This document shows, piece after piece, positions 10,688-19,525 of a stretch of DNA of 64,000 bases. This DNA comes from an uncultured Eubacteriales bacterium (GTDB lineage: Bacteria > Bacillota > Clostridia > Christensenellales > CAG-917): assembly GCA_900545885.1 (NCBI GenBank), contig URAF01000002.1:89866-153865 (forward strand), in the 5' to 3' direction. How positions within the stretch are numbered: position 1 is the stretch's first letter; each line of letters begins with the position of its first letter. A model generated the notes under the pieces. It made no database searches and was not told the origin of the DNA. It saw only the letters and a program-made list of their open reading frames with translations. Position numbers and translations under genes: made by a program.

Positions 10688-10801
10688 GGTCAAAAGCCCG
10701 ATAAAACAATAAAACGCATTTATGAAGTAAATCGACTATAAGCAGCAAATGCGAATATGTTGTAAATGCGTAAATTCGATAAGACGCAAATGAACCTTTT
10801 T

Positions 10802-10834
10802 AATTAAAAAGCGCGGCACAATGTGTCGCGCTTT
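10802..10834. terminator. Hairpin terminator between convergent genes
   Basis: Stem gcgcggcac/gtgtcgcgc with an A-run upstream and TTT downstream. Confidence 0.55.
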
Positions 10835-10858
10835 CAGGTTGGCTTTAATATTAAGTTG

Positions 10859-11368
10859 TTATTTGAGCGTAATACTTCTCAAAATAATGAACACGCCTGC
10901 CGCAATGCTGAGTGCGCCGATTGCGATGAAAATGGCGTTGACCGCTTCCCAGTATGCCGCGATGAAGAGTGCCGCTACTACTATCATGAACAGAATCGCA
11001 AGTATTACAACCGCTTTTTGAAGTGCGGAACCCGATTTCAGCAGGTTCATGTTGACTATCATAAAGTAGATTGCAAACAGTAAAATGGCAATGCCGAGAA
11101 TGATAAGCGCGACGTTTGCCGCAAGCACGGCAAGGACGATAAGCGCTATGCCCAATGCAACCTCGATTATGCCGACGATGATATTTTTGTAGTAAAGTTC
11201 CAGCAAACCAAGCACGGTGAGTATAGTTCCGAAAATGATGAGAGCAAGGTCTACGATGCTGCTCTGTTCATAGCAGAATATAACACCGATAACTATCAGC
11301 GCCAACGCGGCGAGGAAGTTATTGTTGTTGGTAATGCGGTTTGTGTTGGTATTGACTTTTTCAGACAT
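10859..11368 (-). CDS. Small polytopic membrane protein (HdeD/DUF308-like), function unknown
   Basis: 169 aa counted from MSEKVNTN. Five to six hydrophobic helices rich in I/L/A/V. The internal ATG is chosen because the upstream extension is basic and non-hydrophobic. Confidence 0.6.
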   Translation of the reverse strand: MSEKVNTNTNRITNNNNFLAALALIVIGVIFCYEQSSIVDLALIIFGTILTVLGLLELYYKNIIVGIIEVALGIALIVLAVLAANVALIILGIAILLFAIYFMIVNMNLLKSGSALQKAVVILAILFMIVVAALFIAAYWEAVNAIFIAIGALSIAAGVFIILRSITLK

Positions 11369-11969
11369 AATTACACCTCGCTTTGATAAATGTATTTTGG
11401 TTCTTTTCGCATACATTATACGCCGACCGCGCCTACAATTCAATCCCGCGAGCAAAATACTTTGATATTTTTCCTTATTTTTCCATAGCTTCTATCATAT
11501 ATTAGTTTCTTGTGATTGTAAATTTGATGATTGAACCTGTGCGACGGAAGAGTGTGAGCAGATAACCCGACAGCGGATTTTCGATGTTGATAATTGCAGG
11601 AATATGTTTTATAATTGAAAAAAGGCATTTAGAATGCAGATATAACGGGTATGAATAATTGAAAAAGGGGGGTAGTGAATTAACTTGCCGTCCGCAATGC
11701 GGTTAAAGTTTTGTGTGCCTTTCGGAAGACACTTCCTTATAGCCGTTAACGGCGCGGTAAAATGACCGTATCGGAAATTTTGAGCATGTTTTATGTAGCG
11801 CCTGAATTTTCGGCGTGATTTGTAAATTTGCCAATATTCCAATTCCGAATTTCATAACATCATTTCTGCACTTAACCTTATGTTTTGTGCAAATTACCTT
11901 CCTTGCGGACGGGTATACGACAACAGGCGAAGTTCTTTCGCCGTTTCGTCTTACTTATGAGGAACGACT

Positions 11970-12533
11970 ATGGACAGTCGGGGAAAAGAGAGAGTAAACA
12001 GGTGTATCATCGCGATTAAAAAAGGGGACGTTTCCGCCGTCGAAGAATTGCACGGACTGATTGCGCCCACGCTCAGGTTCATTGCGCTCAAATACGTACA
12101 CGACGAGTTTGCAGCCGACGACCTTGTGCAGGAGTTCTGGAAAGACATCGATGAGATAGTCAGGAATTTCGTATTCGTGCGCAACGGTTTCGGGTATCTC
12201 TGCAAGGCAATGACATATCGCACAATCAATTATTGCAAGAAAGTTTCAAGCGAAAAGAAACGTGTTTTCAGCATAGATTACGTCGATTACAGGGAAATAA
12301 GCAGGTTTTCGTCTGACGGCGATCTGGGAAACGCCGAGCTGCGCGTATTGGTCGAAAAGGCAATGGATGCTTTGACCCCGCGGGAAAGACTGGTTTTGCA
12401 GGATATATTTTTCGAAGATAAATCTATACGCGAAATCGCAAAGGAAATCAACGTTTCCAAAAGCACCGCCGAAAATATCAAACAAGGTGCAATAGCAAAA
12501 ATGAAAAAAGAGTTGGACAAAAGCGGTCTTTGA
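11970..12533 (+). CDS. Sigma-70 family (ECF-like) RNA polymerase sigma factor
   Basis: Region 2-like DLVQEFW. Region 4 HTH LTPRERLVLQDIFFEDKSIREIAKEINVSKSTAENIKQGAIAKMKKEL. Confidence 0.8.
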   Translation: MDSRGKERVNRCIIAIKKGDVSAVEELHGLIAPTLRFIALKYVHDEFAADDLVQEFWKDIDEIVRNFVFVRNGFGYLCKAMTYRTINYCKKVSSEKKRVFSIDYVDYREISRFSSDGDLGNAELRVLVEKAMDALTPRERLVLQDIFFEDKSIREIAKEINVSKSTAENIKQGAIAKMKKELDKSGL

Positions 12534-12573
12534 TTTGATGTAATAGTATCACTTACAAAGGAAGGACTTTACT

Positions 12574-13446
12574 ATGAAAACTCAATCTTATCAAAAACTC
12601 TTCGGCTTTGTCGTTGTTGCGCTCGTCGCGGCTTTGCTTATCGCGCCTCTTTCCGTGGTGTATGCGTGGAATTCTCCTGTTGCTTCTGCCGATAGTGAAA
12701 TATACTACGCCGACGAAAACTACAACGGCGGCGGCAATTATACCCAAGAGCGCGAGGAATTTAACTATGCATCAAAGACTGTTGAAGATAAAATACTGCT
12801 TAATTCTAGATACCCTGAATATTTCAACATGAACTCAAATCTTACGAATTCTTGCGCTTGTTCGGCGGGAGCAAACATAATTGCATATTATGACAGGTTT
12901 TATCCCAATCTTGTCCCCAACTTCGAACCCGGCTTTCAGCGTCCGACTTATTACTCGTATTTCGGTATGGGATTATTTGATGAACAACAAGGTATAATAA
13001 ATGACCTTTACGCCGCTATGGGTACCAACACTAACGGCGCAGGCACGTCCAAACCGCAGTACAATCAAGGTCTTGCCGATTACGTCACGTCGCACGGTCA
13101 GAATATAAGTTATACTTCCGTAGCGAGCAACAACGTACTTGACATCAATGCGCTTTACAATCAGTTGCAGGCGGGACATCCAGTTACGCTTTTCCTCAAC
13201 GGATACAACATTGTATCGTGCGGCGACACAGGATCTTCTATAAGCCTTTTGAAATTAATATATACCTCCACTCATATGATGGTGGTTTTCGGAATGGAAA
13301 AAGTGAGTTATTATAACAGTGCAGGACAAATGATCCAACAATACACGTATTTGCACATAGCAAGTTGTATGGATTTGACGAATTGTGTTTACATAGTCAA
13401 TCACAACGGAATGCTTGTCGATGCAGAAGCGGTGAGCATAACATAG
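12574..13446 (+). CDS. Secreted protein, possible papain-fold (C39-like) cysteine peptidase
   Basis: Signal peptide MKTQSYQKLFGFVVVALVAALLIAPLSVVYA. Candidate Cys in NSCACSAGANIIAYY and a downstream His in TSTHMMVVFGME resemble the Cys/His layout of C39-like domains. The family assignment is tentative. Confidence 0.55.
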   Translation: MKTQSYQKLFGFVVVALVAALLIAPLSVVYAWNSPVASADSEIYYADENYNGGGNYTQEREEFNYASKTVEDKILLNSRYPEYFNMNSNLTNSCACSAGANIIAYYDRFYPNLVPNFEPGFQRPTYYSYFGMGLFDEQQGIINDLYAAMGTNTNGAGTSKPQYNQGLADYVTSHGQNISYTSVASNNVLDINALYNQLQAGHPVTLFLNGYNIVSCGDTGSSISLLKLIYTSTHMMVVFGMEKVSYYNSAGQMIQQYTYLHIASCMDLTNCVYIVNHNGMLVDAEAVSIT

Positions 13447-13453
13447 GAACATA

Positions 13454-14125
13454 ATGAACGACGACAAATTCAACAAAATTATGAATAAATACGTTTCGTC
13501 GACGGGAAGGAACGCCGATGACGACTTGGCAAAACTCAGAAATTCGGAAAAAGTTTCACGTCAAGTCCGCAAAAAACGTTACGCATGGTCTGCCGTAGCC
13601 GCAATTATCGTAATTGCGGTTACGCTTGCGACCGTATTGCCGTTGACGCTCGGAAAAGGTGGACAATCAGAGGGGGACGGTTATTTTTATTGTGACGAAA
13701 CGCAAGTTGAATTTGTCGAAATGCCTATGGAAGACATATTGGAGCAGGGGCAGTTCGGTTTGCTGCCCGTGGCGTTTGAAAATCCTATGCAAGAGAAACA
13801 CAGCGCATTGATTTTACAACAAGAAAATAATGTCATAGGTATTAATTCGAAATACGCGGTTTATAGTATATTACTCGACGAGATGTACATTTTCGCATTA
13901 AAAGAAAAATATGTTTATACGGAAACACAATTTATAAATAACAATTGCAAACGTGAAGCACAATGGAGAGAAAAAACTGTGAAATTTAATATTGCGGAAA
14001 TAGAAAATGACGAGAGTTATGAGTATTCTTTCGTGTTTAACGATAGCGGAATGAATTATTACATTACGGCTGTCGTGTATGGTACGCCTTCTCCCGACAC
14101 TGTTCTGGACAACATTTTCGCTTAA
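13454..14125 (+). CDS. Single-pass membrane protein, possible anti-sigma factor
   Basis: A cytoplasmic roughly 45-aa N-terminus, one TM (WSAVAAIIVIAVTLATVLPLTL) and an extracytoplasmic domain. It lies in the sigma factor operon. Confidence 0.55.
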   Translation: MNDDKFNKIMNKYVSSTGRNADDDLAKLRNSEKVSRQVRKKRYAWSAVAAIIVIAVTLATVLPLTLGKGGQSEGDGYFYCDETQVEFVEMPMEDILEQGQFGLLPVAFENPMQEKHSALILQQENNVIGINSKYAVYSILLDEMYIFALKEKYVYTETQFINNNCKREAQWREKTVKFNIAEIENDESYEYSFVFNDSGMNYYITAVVYGTPSPDTVLDNIFA

Positions 14126-14202
14126 GCAAAATCATAAAAAAGCAATACCGTGTATATTTTCAACCGCGAATTATATGCATTTTGAAATCGTATTTGTTAA
14201 TG

Positions 14203-14233
14203 AAAAAACCATCGGCGATACGATGGTTTTTTT
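14203..14233. terminator. Bidirectional intrinsic terminator
   Basis: AAAAAA-ccatcg-gcgata-cgatgg-TTTTTTT. Confidence 0.7.
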
Positions 14234-14312
14234 GTGGCGTTGAGGATATTCGCGCCGTGTGCAATATGTAGGAGAGTATGCTTTGCGCGGTGACCGCGCT
14301 TTTGGTGCGGAT

Positions 14313-15053
14313 TTATATCATCAACAATCCTTTGAGTGTTTTTTTGTAGTCGGTGAACTTTTGCGTGGTGGTGAAGTCTTCGCCTTCCGTTCCGTTGCGG
14401 TCGATGACAAGCTCTTCGACGATTTTGCCCGGTTTGCCCGCCATTACGAGTATGCGGTCGGAAAGAGTTATCGCCTCTTCGAGATTGTGCGAAATGAAAA
14501 CGGTGGACAGTTCGAGTTCGCGGGAAATGTTCAGATACCACGCGTACATGTCCTGTTTGGTCATTTCGTCAAGTGCGGAGAACGGTTCGTCCAACAGCAT
14601 AAGACTTTGTCCGAAAAAGTACGTGCGCATGAAAGCCGCGCGCTGACGCATACCGCCCGACAGTTGGCTCGGATATTTCTTTTCCGTTCCTTGAAGTCCG
14701 AACTGTTCAAAATACGGCTCAACTTTTTCACGCGCCTTTTTAAGCGACATTCCTTTCACGCGATAGGGCAGCGATACGTTGTCGCGTATTGTCTTGAAAG
14801 GCAGCAACATGTCTTTTTGCAGCATATAACTGACTTTGCCCGCCTTGCCGACGATATTTTCGCCGTCCAGAATGACTTCGCCGTTCACGGGTTTTGCAAG
14901 CCCCGACAGCACCTGAAACAGGGTGGTTTTGCCCACCCCGCTCGTGCCTATAAGACACACCATTTCACCCTTTTCTACGGTGAAACTAATGTCCTGGATT
15001 ATTGTCACGTCTTCATACTGTTGCGTGACGTTTTTGACTTCCAAAAGTGCCAT
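14313..15053 (-). CDS. ABC transporter ATP-binding protein (NitT/TauT, ThiZ-like)
   Basis: Walker A GTSGVGKTT, signature LSGGMRQR and Walker B LLLDEPFSALD. Confidence 0.9.
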   Translation of the reverse strand: MALLEVKNVTQQYEDVTIIQDISFTVEKGEMVCLIGTSGVGKTTLFQVLSGLAKPVNGEVILDGENIVGKAGKVSYMLQKDMLLPFKTIRDNVSLPYRVKGMSLKKAREKVEPYFEQFGLQGTEKKYPSQLSGGMRQRAAFMRTYFFGQSLMLLDEPFSALDEMTKQDMYAWYLNISRELELSTVFISHNLEEAITLSDRILVMAGKPGKIVEELVIDRNGTEGEDFTTTQKFTDYKKTLKGLLMI

Positions 15054-15054
15054 A

Positions 15055-16092
15055 TCAGTTTGCGGAAACAGCGGGCAGGAATTCGTTGGTAAATCCGTAG
15101 CCTGCGGTAATGGGCGCAGTCATGCCTTCCGTTTCAAGTTCCCACATGAGGGCGAAGAAATCGTCCCATCTTTGCTGGTCGATATAACCCCATTGAGGAG
15201 CGTCGGCGGTGTATTCGTTTTTGAGGAATTCCATGCTGGCGTAAACAAGTTCGGCGTTGACTTTGAGTTCGGGGTTTTCTTCCATGAGAATGTCGGCAGC
15301 TTCTTTGGGATTTGCTATTGCGTATTCATAACCCTTTGCTGTTGCCGCCATGAACTTTCTTGCTTGTTCGGGGTAGTTTTTGAGATAATCGTTGTTCGCG
15401 ATGATGACGGGAGTGTAGTAGTCGAGACGGTCATACTGGCTCATTCTGTAAAAAGTATGTTCGACGTTTTTGACTTCAAGCTGTTTGACGTCCCATGCCT
15501 GATAACTCCACAGACAGTCCACGCCGTCGGGATTTGCAAATTCCGCCATTATGTTTTCAACCGTGTTGGGTACGAAATTGACCTTATCGGCAGACGCGGT
15601 TTCTGCGTGGTTTACTTCGACGCCCGCGAGATTGAAGATGTATTCGACGATGGACTGTTCGCCTGCAAGTCCCCATGTGGCATATTTTTTGCCTTTGAGT
15701 TCGGCAAGGGAGTCGACGGTGCCTTTAACAAGTATACCCGATGTGTTGTGTTGGATAACTGCGGCAACGGCGGTCACGTTGACGTTGCTTTGCTGGTTGT
15801 AAATCATCTGTTCCTGGAAGTCTACACCGAACTGTCCGACGCCTACGGAAACGTCCGCGGAGCAACCCGTGGTTCCGGGCTGTACGAAAGTTACGTTCAG
15901 ACCTTCTTCGGCATAATATCCGAGGTGTTTTGCGACGTAAAGTCCCGTATGGTTGGTGTTGGGTGCCCAGTCAAGTACGAAAGTGATGTTTGCGGGGTCG
16001 CCGTCATCGGGATTGCAGGCGACAAGCGCGAATACGGAAGAGGTGACGAGTGCAAGCAACACAAGTATGCAAAGTGTTTTTCTGAGTTTCAT
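15055..16092 (-). CDS. NMT1/THI5-like substrate-binding lipoprotein (ThiY-like)
   Basis: Lipobox LVAC in MKLRKTLCILVLLALVTSSVFALVACN. Also LDWAPNTNHTGLYVA, typical of NMT1/THI5-type binding proteins. Confidence 0.85.
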   Translation of the reverse strand: MKLRKTLCILVLLALVTSSVFALVACNPDDGDPANITFVLDWAPNTNHTGLYVAKHLGYYAEEGLNVTFVQPGTTGCSADVSVGVGQFGVDFQEQMIYNQQSNVNVTAVAAVIQHNTSGILVKGTVDSLAELKGKKYATWGLAGEQSIVEYIFNLAGVEVNHAETASADKVNFVPNTVENIMAEFANPDGVDCLWSYQAWDVKQLEVKNVEHTFYRMSQYDRLDYYTPVIIANNDYLKNYPEQARKFMAATAKGYEYAIANPKEAADILMEENPELKVNAELVYASMEFLKNEYTADAPQWGYIDQQRWDDFFALMWELETEGMTAPITAGYGFTNEFLPAVSAN

Positions 16093-16863
16093 TTAATTCT
16101 CCTTCTTATTCCAGCGTATAACGCATCGTTTTACGATTTCGAGCGCGAGCAGCAAAAGCAGACTCAACACTATGACCCACATTATGGTTGCGAACATAGC
16201 GTCGTAAGCGTACATTCTTTGCAGTCGCAGGATATAAAATCCCAGTCCGCCCAACGAACCTACCCATTCCGAAACAACCGCTCCGACGATTGCGTACGTT
16301 GTGGAAATTTTCAACGCGGAGAAAAAGTTCGGAAGAGCGTTCGGCAGTTTGAGGAACCAGAATATTTTGAGTTTGTTTGCTCCCATCGACCGCATCAGGT
16401 CAATCATATCGGGGTCGGTTTGTCTGTAACCGTCCGCAAGACCGATTGCAATCGGGAAAAAGGTAGTGAGCGCGACGAGCAGGATTTTCGGTTTGATGTC
16501 ATATCCGAGCCACAACGAAATCAGGGGAGCGATGACAATCGTAGGAACTGTTTGGGTTATGACGAGCAGAGGTTTGAACCCGTAGCCGAACACCTTGAAA
16601 GTGTCCATAAGCACCGCCAGCACGAACCCAACTCCTACGCCGCACGCAAGACCCGCAACGGCTTCGAGAAGGGTAATTCTCGTGTGGCGCATAATCATGT
16701 CGCTTTGCTCGAAAAAGGAGTTAAAAGTCTGTTTTGGGGTAGGTAAAATCAGGTCCGGGACTTTTCCGGACAAACAGACTATCTCCCAGATGAGGAAAAA
16801 AAGTCCTATAAACGCCGCGGGAATTATTATTTTATACGTGATGTTTAGTAACTTTTTTCTCAA
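16093..16863 (-). CDS. ABC transporter permease (ThiX-like)
   Basis: Six TM segments and an EAA-type loop (MRSMGANKLKIFWFLKLPNALP). Confidence 0.85.
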   Translation of the reverse strand: MRKKLLNITYKIIIPAAFIGLFFLIWEIVCLSGKVPDLILPTPKQTFNSFFEQSDMIMRHTRITLLEAVAGLACGVGVGFVLAVLMDTFKVFGYGFKPLLVITQTVPTIVIAPLISLWLGYDIKPKILLVALTTFFPIAIGLADGYRQTDPDMIDLMRSMGANKLKIFWFLKLPNALPNFFSALKISTTYAIVGAVVSEWVGSLGGLGFYILRLQRMYAYDAMFATIMWVIVLSLLLLLALEIVKRCVIRWNKKEN

Positions 16864-17131
16864 TGGTCAGCACTTCTCCTTCGGGACGGTACACGACTTT
16901 TATGAACGCCGCAACGCCTTGGTGATTTGCTTTTCCCGCGATGTGCAGGCATTCTTTCATGATGTCCATGAGCTGGTCGATGTCGGAACCTTCGACTGCG
17001 GTTTCGAAGGGACCTACATAGCATTCGAGTCCTGTGCTTTTCATGTAAGCGATGACTTCGTCGACGACTTTTATGGTTTGTTCGTCGTCAAGGGTTTCGG
17101 GTAAAATCTGCAATGCAACACTTGCCAGCAT
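16832..17131 (-). CDS. YkoF/MTH1187-family (DUF77) thiamine-binding-like protein
   Basis: 99 aa counted from MLASVALQILP ... VGPFETAVEG. An AAGGAGA RBS precedes the ATG at 17131. The gene sits in the TPP-regulated operon. Confidence 0.7.
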   Translation of the reverse strand: MLASVALQILPETLDDEQTIKVVDEVIAYMKSTGLECYVGPFETAVEGSDIDQLMDIMKECLHIAGKANHQGVAAFIKVVYRPEGEVLTIEKKVTKHHV

Positions 17132-17133
17132 AA

Positions 17134-17754
17134 TTAAATCTCCTTTTTGACTTTTATTACGGCGAAAACGCCTTCGCCGTGTCCGTTTTGGATTTGTTGG
17201 GGTACGTTGTCGAGAGTGAAGACGGTTTGCTTGGAACATACGTATTCGAAACCCGCCTCTTCGAGCAACGATTTCATTCGGTCGAAAGACCTGAAATGCG
17301 CGCCTTTATAGTAAACGCTCGTTTCTTTGAACTCTTCGTACTGTTTGCCGAGAGGAGTTGCCGCGTCAATGAACGCGACGACCATACTGCCGCCGTTTTT
17401 GAGTATGCGGTACGCTTCGCGGAAAGAGGGGAGTATGTCCTCTATGAAACAGTCGACCGTAATCATCAGCAGTCCTTCGACTTCGCCGTCGGCGTACGGA
17501 AGGTTGTCCGCGCAAGCCTTTTTGACCGTAATGCCGCGGTCTATTGCAAAACGTGCCATGTTTTCGGACGGGTCGACGCCTTCTTTTATTCCCAGTCTGC
17601 TTGCAAAAATCCCCGTGCCTACGCCTATTTCGATGTACGTTTTGTCGGCGTCGAGCAAAGATTTTACGGCTTCGTATTCCGCGTCGAAAAGTTTGTCGTT
17701 TTCAAAAAACCATTCGTCGTATTCGGTGGAATGAGCGTCGAAATTGTTTTGCAT
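17134..17754 (-). CDS. Class I SAM-dependent methyltransferase
   Basis: Motif I IEIGVGTG and a post-I acidic residue, with Methyltransf_11-like organisation. It is the first gene after the TPP riboswitch. Confidence 0.8.
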   Translation of the reverse strand: MQNNFDAHSTEYDEWFFENDKLFDAEYEAVKSLLDADKTYIEIGVGTGIFASRLGIKEGVDPSENMARFAIDRGITVKKACADNLPYADGEVEGLLMITVDCFIEDILPSFREAYRILKNGGSMVVAFIDAATPLGKQYEEFKETSVYYKGAHFRSFDRMKSLLEEAGFEYVCSKQTVFTLDNVPQQIQNGHGEGVFAVIKVKKEI

Positions 17755-17764
17755 TTTTCTCCAA

Positions 17765-17895
17765 AAAAAACAGACCCTGTAATCGGGTCCTAAAAGCAAA
17801 ATCTACACAATCTCCCTACGCCGGCATTATCCGTATCAGGTTAAATGGTTCCCTCTTGCGAGTGATCTCAGCCTTTCAGCACCCATGATCTATTT
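17765..17895 (-). promoter_or_regulatory. TPP (THI-box) riboswitch with terminator expression platform
   Basis: The minus strand reads GGGUGCUGAAAGGCUGAGAUCACUCGCAAGAGGGAACCAUUUAACCUGAUACGGAUAAUGCCGGCGUAGGGAG. This carries the conserved CUGAGA, ACCUGAU and GGAUAAUGCCGGCGUAGGGA elements. A hairpin GGACCCGAUUACAGGGUCU plus a U8 tract follows, just before the methyltransferase start. Confidence 0.85.
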
Positions 17896-18065
17896 GTTTA
17901 TGATTGAATTATATGCCTGCACCAATTCGGTGTCAAGTCAATTTTGCTTCAAATCTCATTATCCGAAAAACAATTGTTATGTCATTCGCGAGCAGCATAA
18001 ATAGTGTTTTTAATCAAGAAAATGAGCGCATCTTCTGAAATATGATATGAAATTCAAGGCAAGCA

Positions 18066-18092
18066 AAAAGGGCGCAAGCTGCACCCTTCATT
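18066..18092 (-). terminator. Terminator downstream of ssrA
   Basis: Minus strand GGGUGCAGCUUGCGCCC followed by UUUUUGCUU. Confidence 0.5.
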
Positions 18093-18098
18093 GTTTGG

Positions 18099-18461
18099 TG
18101 GTGGAGGTGCGGGGAGTTGAACCCCGGTCCAATCAACCGTTAATGGCGACTTCTACATGCTTAGCCGACGTTTGAATTTTTCGCGCTTCGGTACGTGGGC
18201 GAACCTCTGTTTGATGAGCCCGTTTAACAGCAATCTTACCGGGCGATGGGATTGCGTTGTCTGTTTTTTATGATGCCGCTTGGTCGGGGAACAGAAAACC
18301 CGACGGCGACACGCTGACTATATTATGCAGCGAGGGCGAACTCCATAGAGGAGCTCTTTTGAGTTTTGTTTGCGTTTAATTTTAATTTCCGATTTTAACG
18401 CAGACGAGCCTGCGGCATGCTTACCCCACCTCAAACTGACTGTCGAAGCCGGTACACCCCC
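18099..18461 (-). ncRNA. ssrA: tmRNA (transfer-messenger RNA)
   Basis: The minus-strand 5' end is GGGGGUGUACCGGCUUCGACAG. The 3' end is GGACCGGGGUUCAACUCCCCGCACCUCCACCA, a tRNA-Ala-like acceptor/T-arm with encoded CCA. An internal reading frame ends FALAA-UAA. Confidence 0.9.
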
Positions 18462-18664
18462 TGACGGCTAATCCGCAAACAAAAAAAGGACTGCCGACGA
18501 GTAAAAAGATTATATCACATTATACACAAAACGCAACAGAATTAAACCGAAGGCATCGATGGACTGTAAAGTCAACGTTGCGCAAAAATCAATTCTTTAT
18601 GGTTTTGGACAAAAGCGTGCCGGGATGTGTTTATATATAAAAGGTCTTTTGTCAGGGGAAGGAT

Positions 18665-19237
18665 ATGAAAATTGCGGCACACATATGTTTTGCAATCAGC
18701 ACATTGTTGGTAGCGTCCGTGTTGTTCAGTGCGATCAGGTACTTTGTGGTCGTCAAGACTCATAAAGAAGAAAACAAGAACATAATTCGTCAACCGAACT
18801 TTTATCGTTTGGCATCATCTGGTATTTTTTTCATCTATGGTTTAATGACGGCAAGCATATTTTGGCCCACTAGTTTTGCAGGTGACGAACTAGAAACTCA
18901 ACTCGGCGGGATGATGTTTATAATATTTATATTGCTAGGTTGGTGGATAGGACTGATGGCATTCAACTGGAAAGTTGAAATCTATGACGATTATTTTGTT
19001 CACACCAATTTTATCGGAGTAAAGTATCGCTACAACTATGACGAAATCGAGATAAGGCAATACAACGCCTGCGACAGGATATTTCTAAACGGTAAATACC
19101 GTTTTACGATAAGCTATCTACAAGACAATTGCGACGCAATCGATGTTGCAAGATCGCGGTACAAGCATCGACTGAAGCAAGAAGCAAAGCGCGCCGAAAA
19201 AGAGCAATCGCAAACAACAACTACAACGGAGAATTAA
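18665..19237 (+). CDS. Membrane protein, function unknown
   Basis: Three to four TM helices, then a soluble domain and a basic/Thr-rich tail. GGAAGGA RBS. GC is lower than in neighbouring genes. Confidence 0.6.
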   Translation: MKIAAHICFAISTLLVASVLFSAIRYFVVVKTHKEENKNIIRQPNFYRLASSGIFFIYGLMTASIFWPTSFAGDELETQLGGMMFIIFILLGWWIGLMAFNWKVEIYDDYFVHTNFIGVKYRYNYDEIEIRQYNACDRIFLNGKYRFTISYLQDNCDAIDVARSRYKHRLKQEAKRAEKEQSQTTTTTEN

Positions 19238-19263
19238 ACATCTGACTAAAACAAACATTATGT

Positions 19264-19295
19264 AAAATCGGAGAATAGATTATCTCCGATTTTTA
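19264..19295 (+). terminator. Intrinsic terminator
   Basis: Stem atcggaga/tctccgat followed by TTTT. Confidence 0.7.
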
Positions 19296-19525
19296 ATTTG
19301 CAAGACCGGGGAGAGGATTGAGTTGCGGGAAGGGGGGAAATTGTGTATAATAAATATATTAATTGTCACGGTGCAGACAGGGTGTTTGTGCAGTGCGGAA
19401 CCGTGGCGATGCAGCGTTGAGTAATTGTGGTGATTAATAGCGGAAACGGGGGGTTTATCGTGTGTATTTCGGATTTAATCATTAGGATTGCGTGCAAACA
19501 GCTTGCCAAGCAGGACGGCAGAAGA

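Noticed and set aside
10690-10800. Several copies of AAATGCG / CGCATTT in the ADH-DUF308 intergenic region.
   Set aside because: The words are only 7 nt long with irregular spacing and mixed orientation. This is compatible with chance in a short AT-rich spacer.
17900-18098. Possible genomic island integrated at the 3' end of ssrA.
   Set aside because: No integrase gene and no direct repeat of the ssrA 3' end are visible. The adjacent genes are the conserved TPP-regulated transporter operon.
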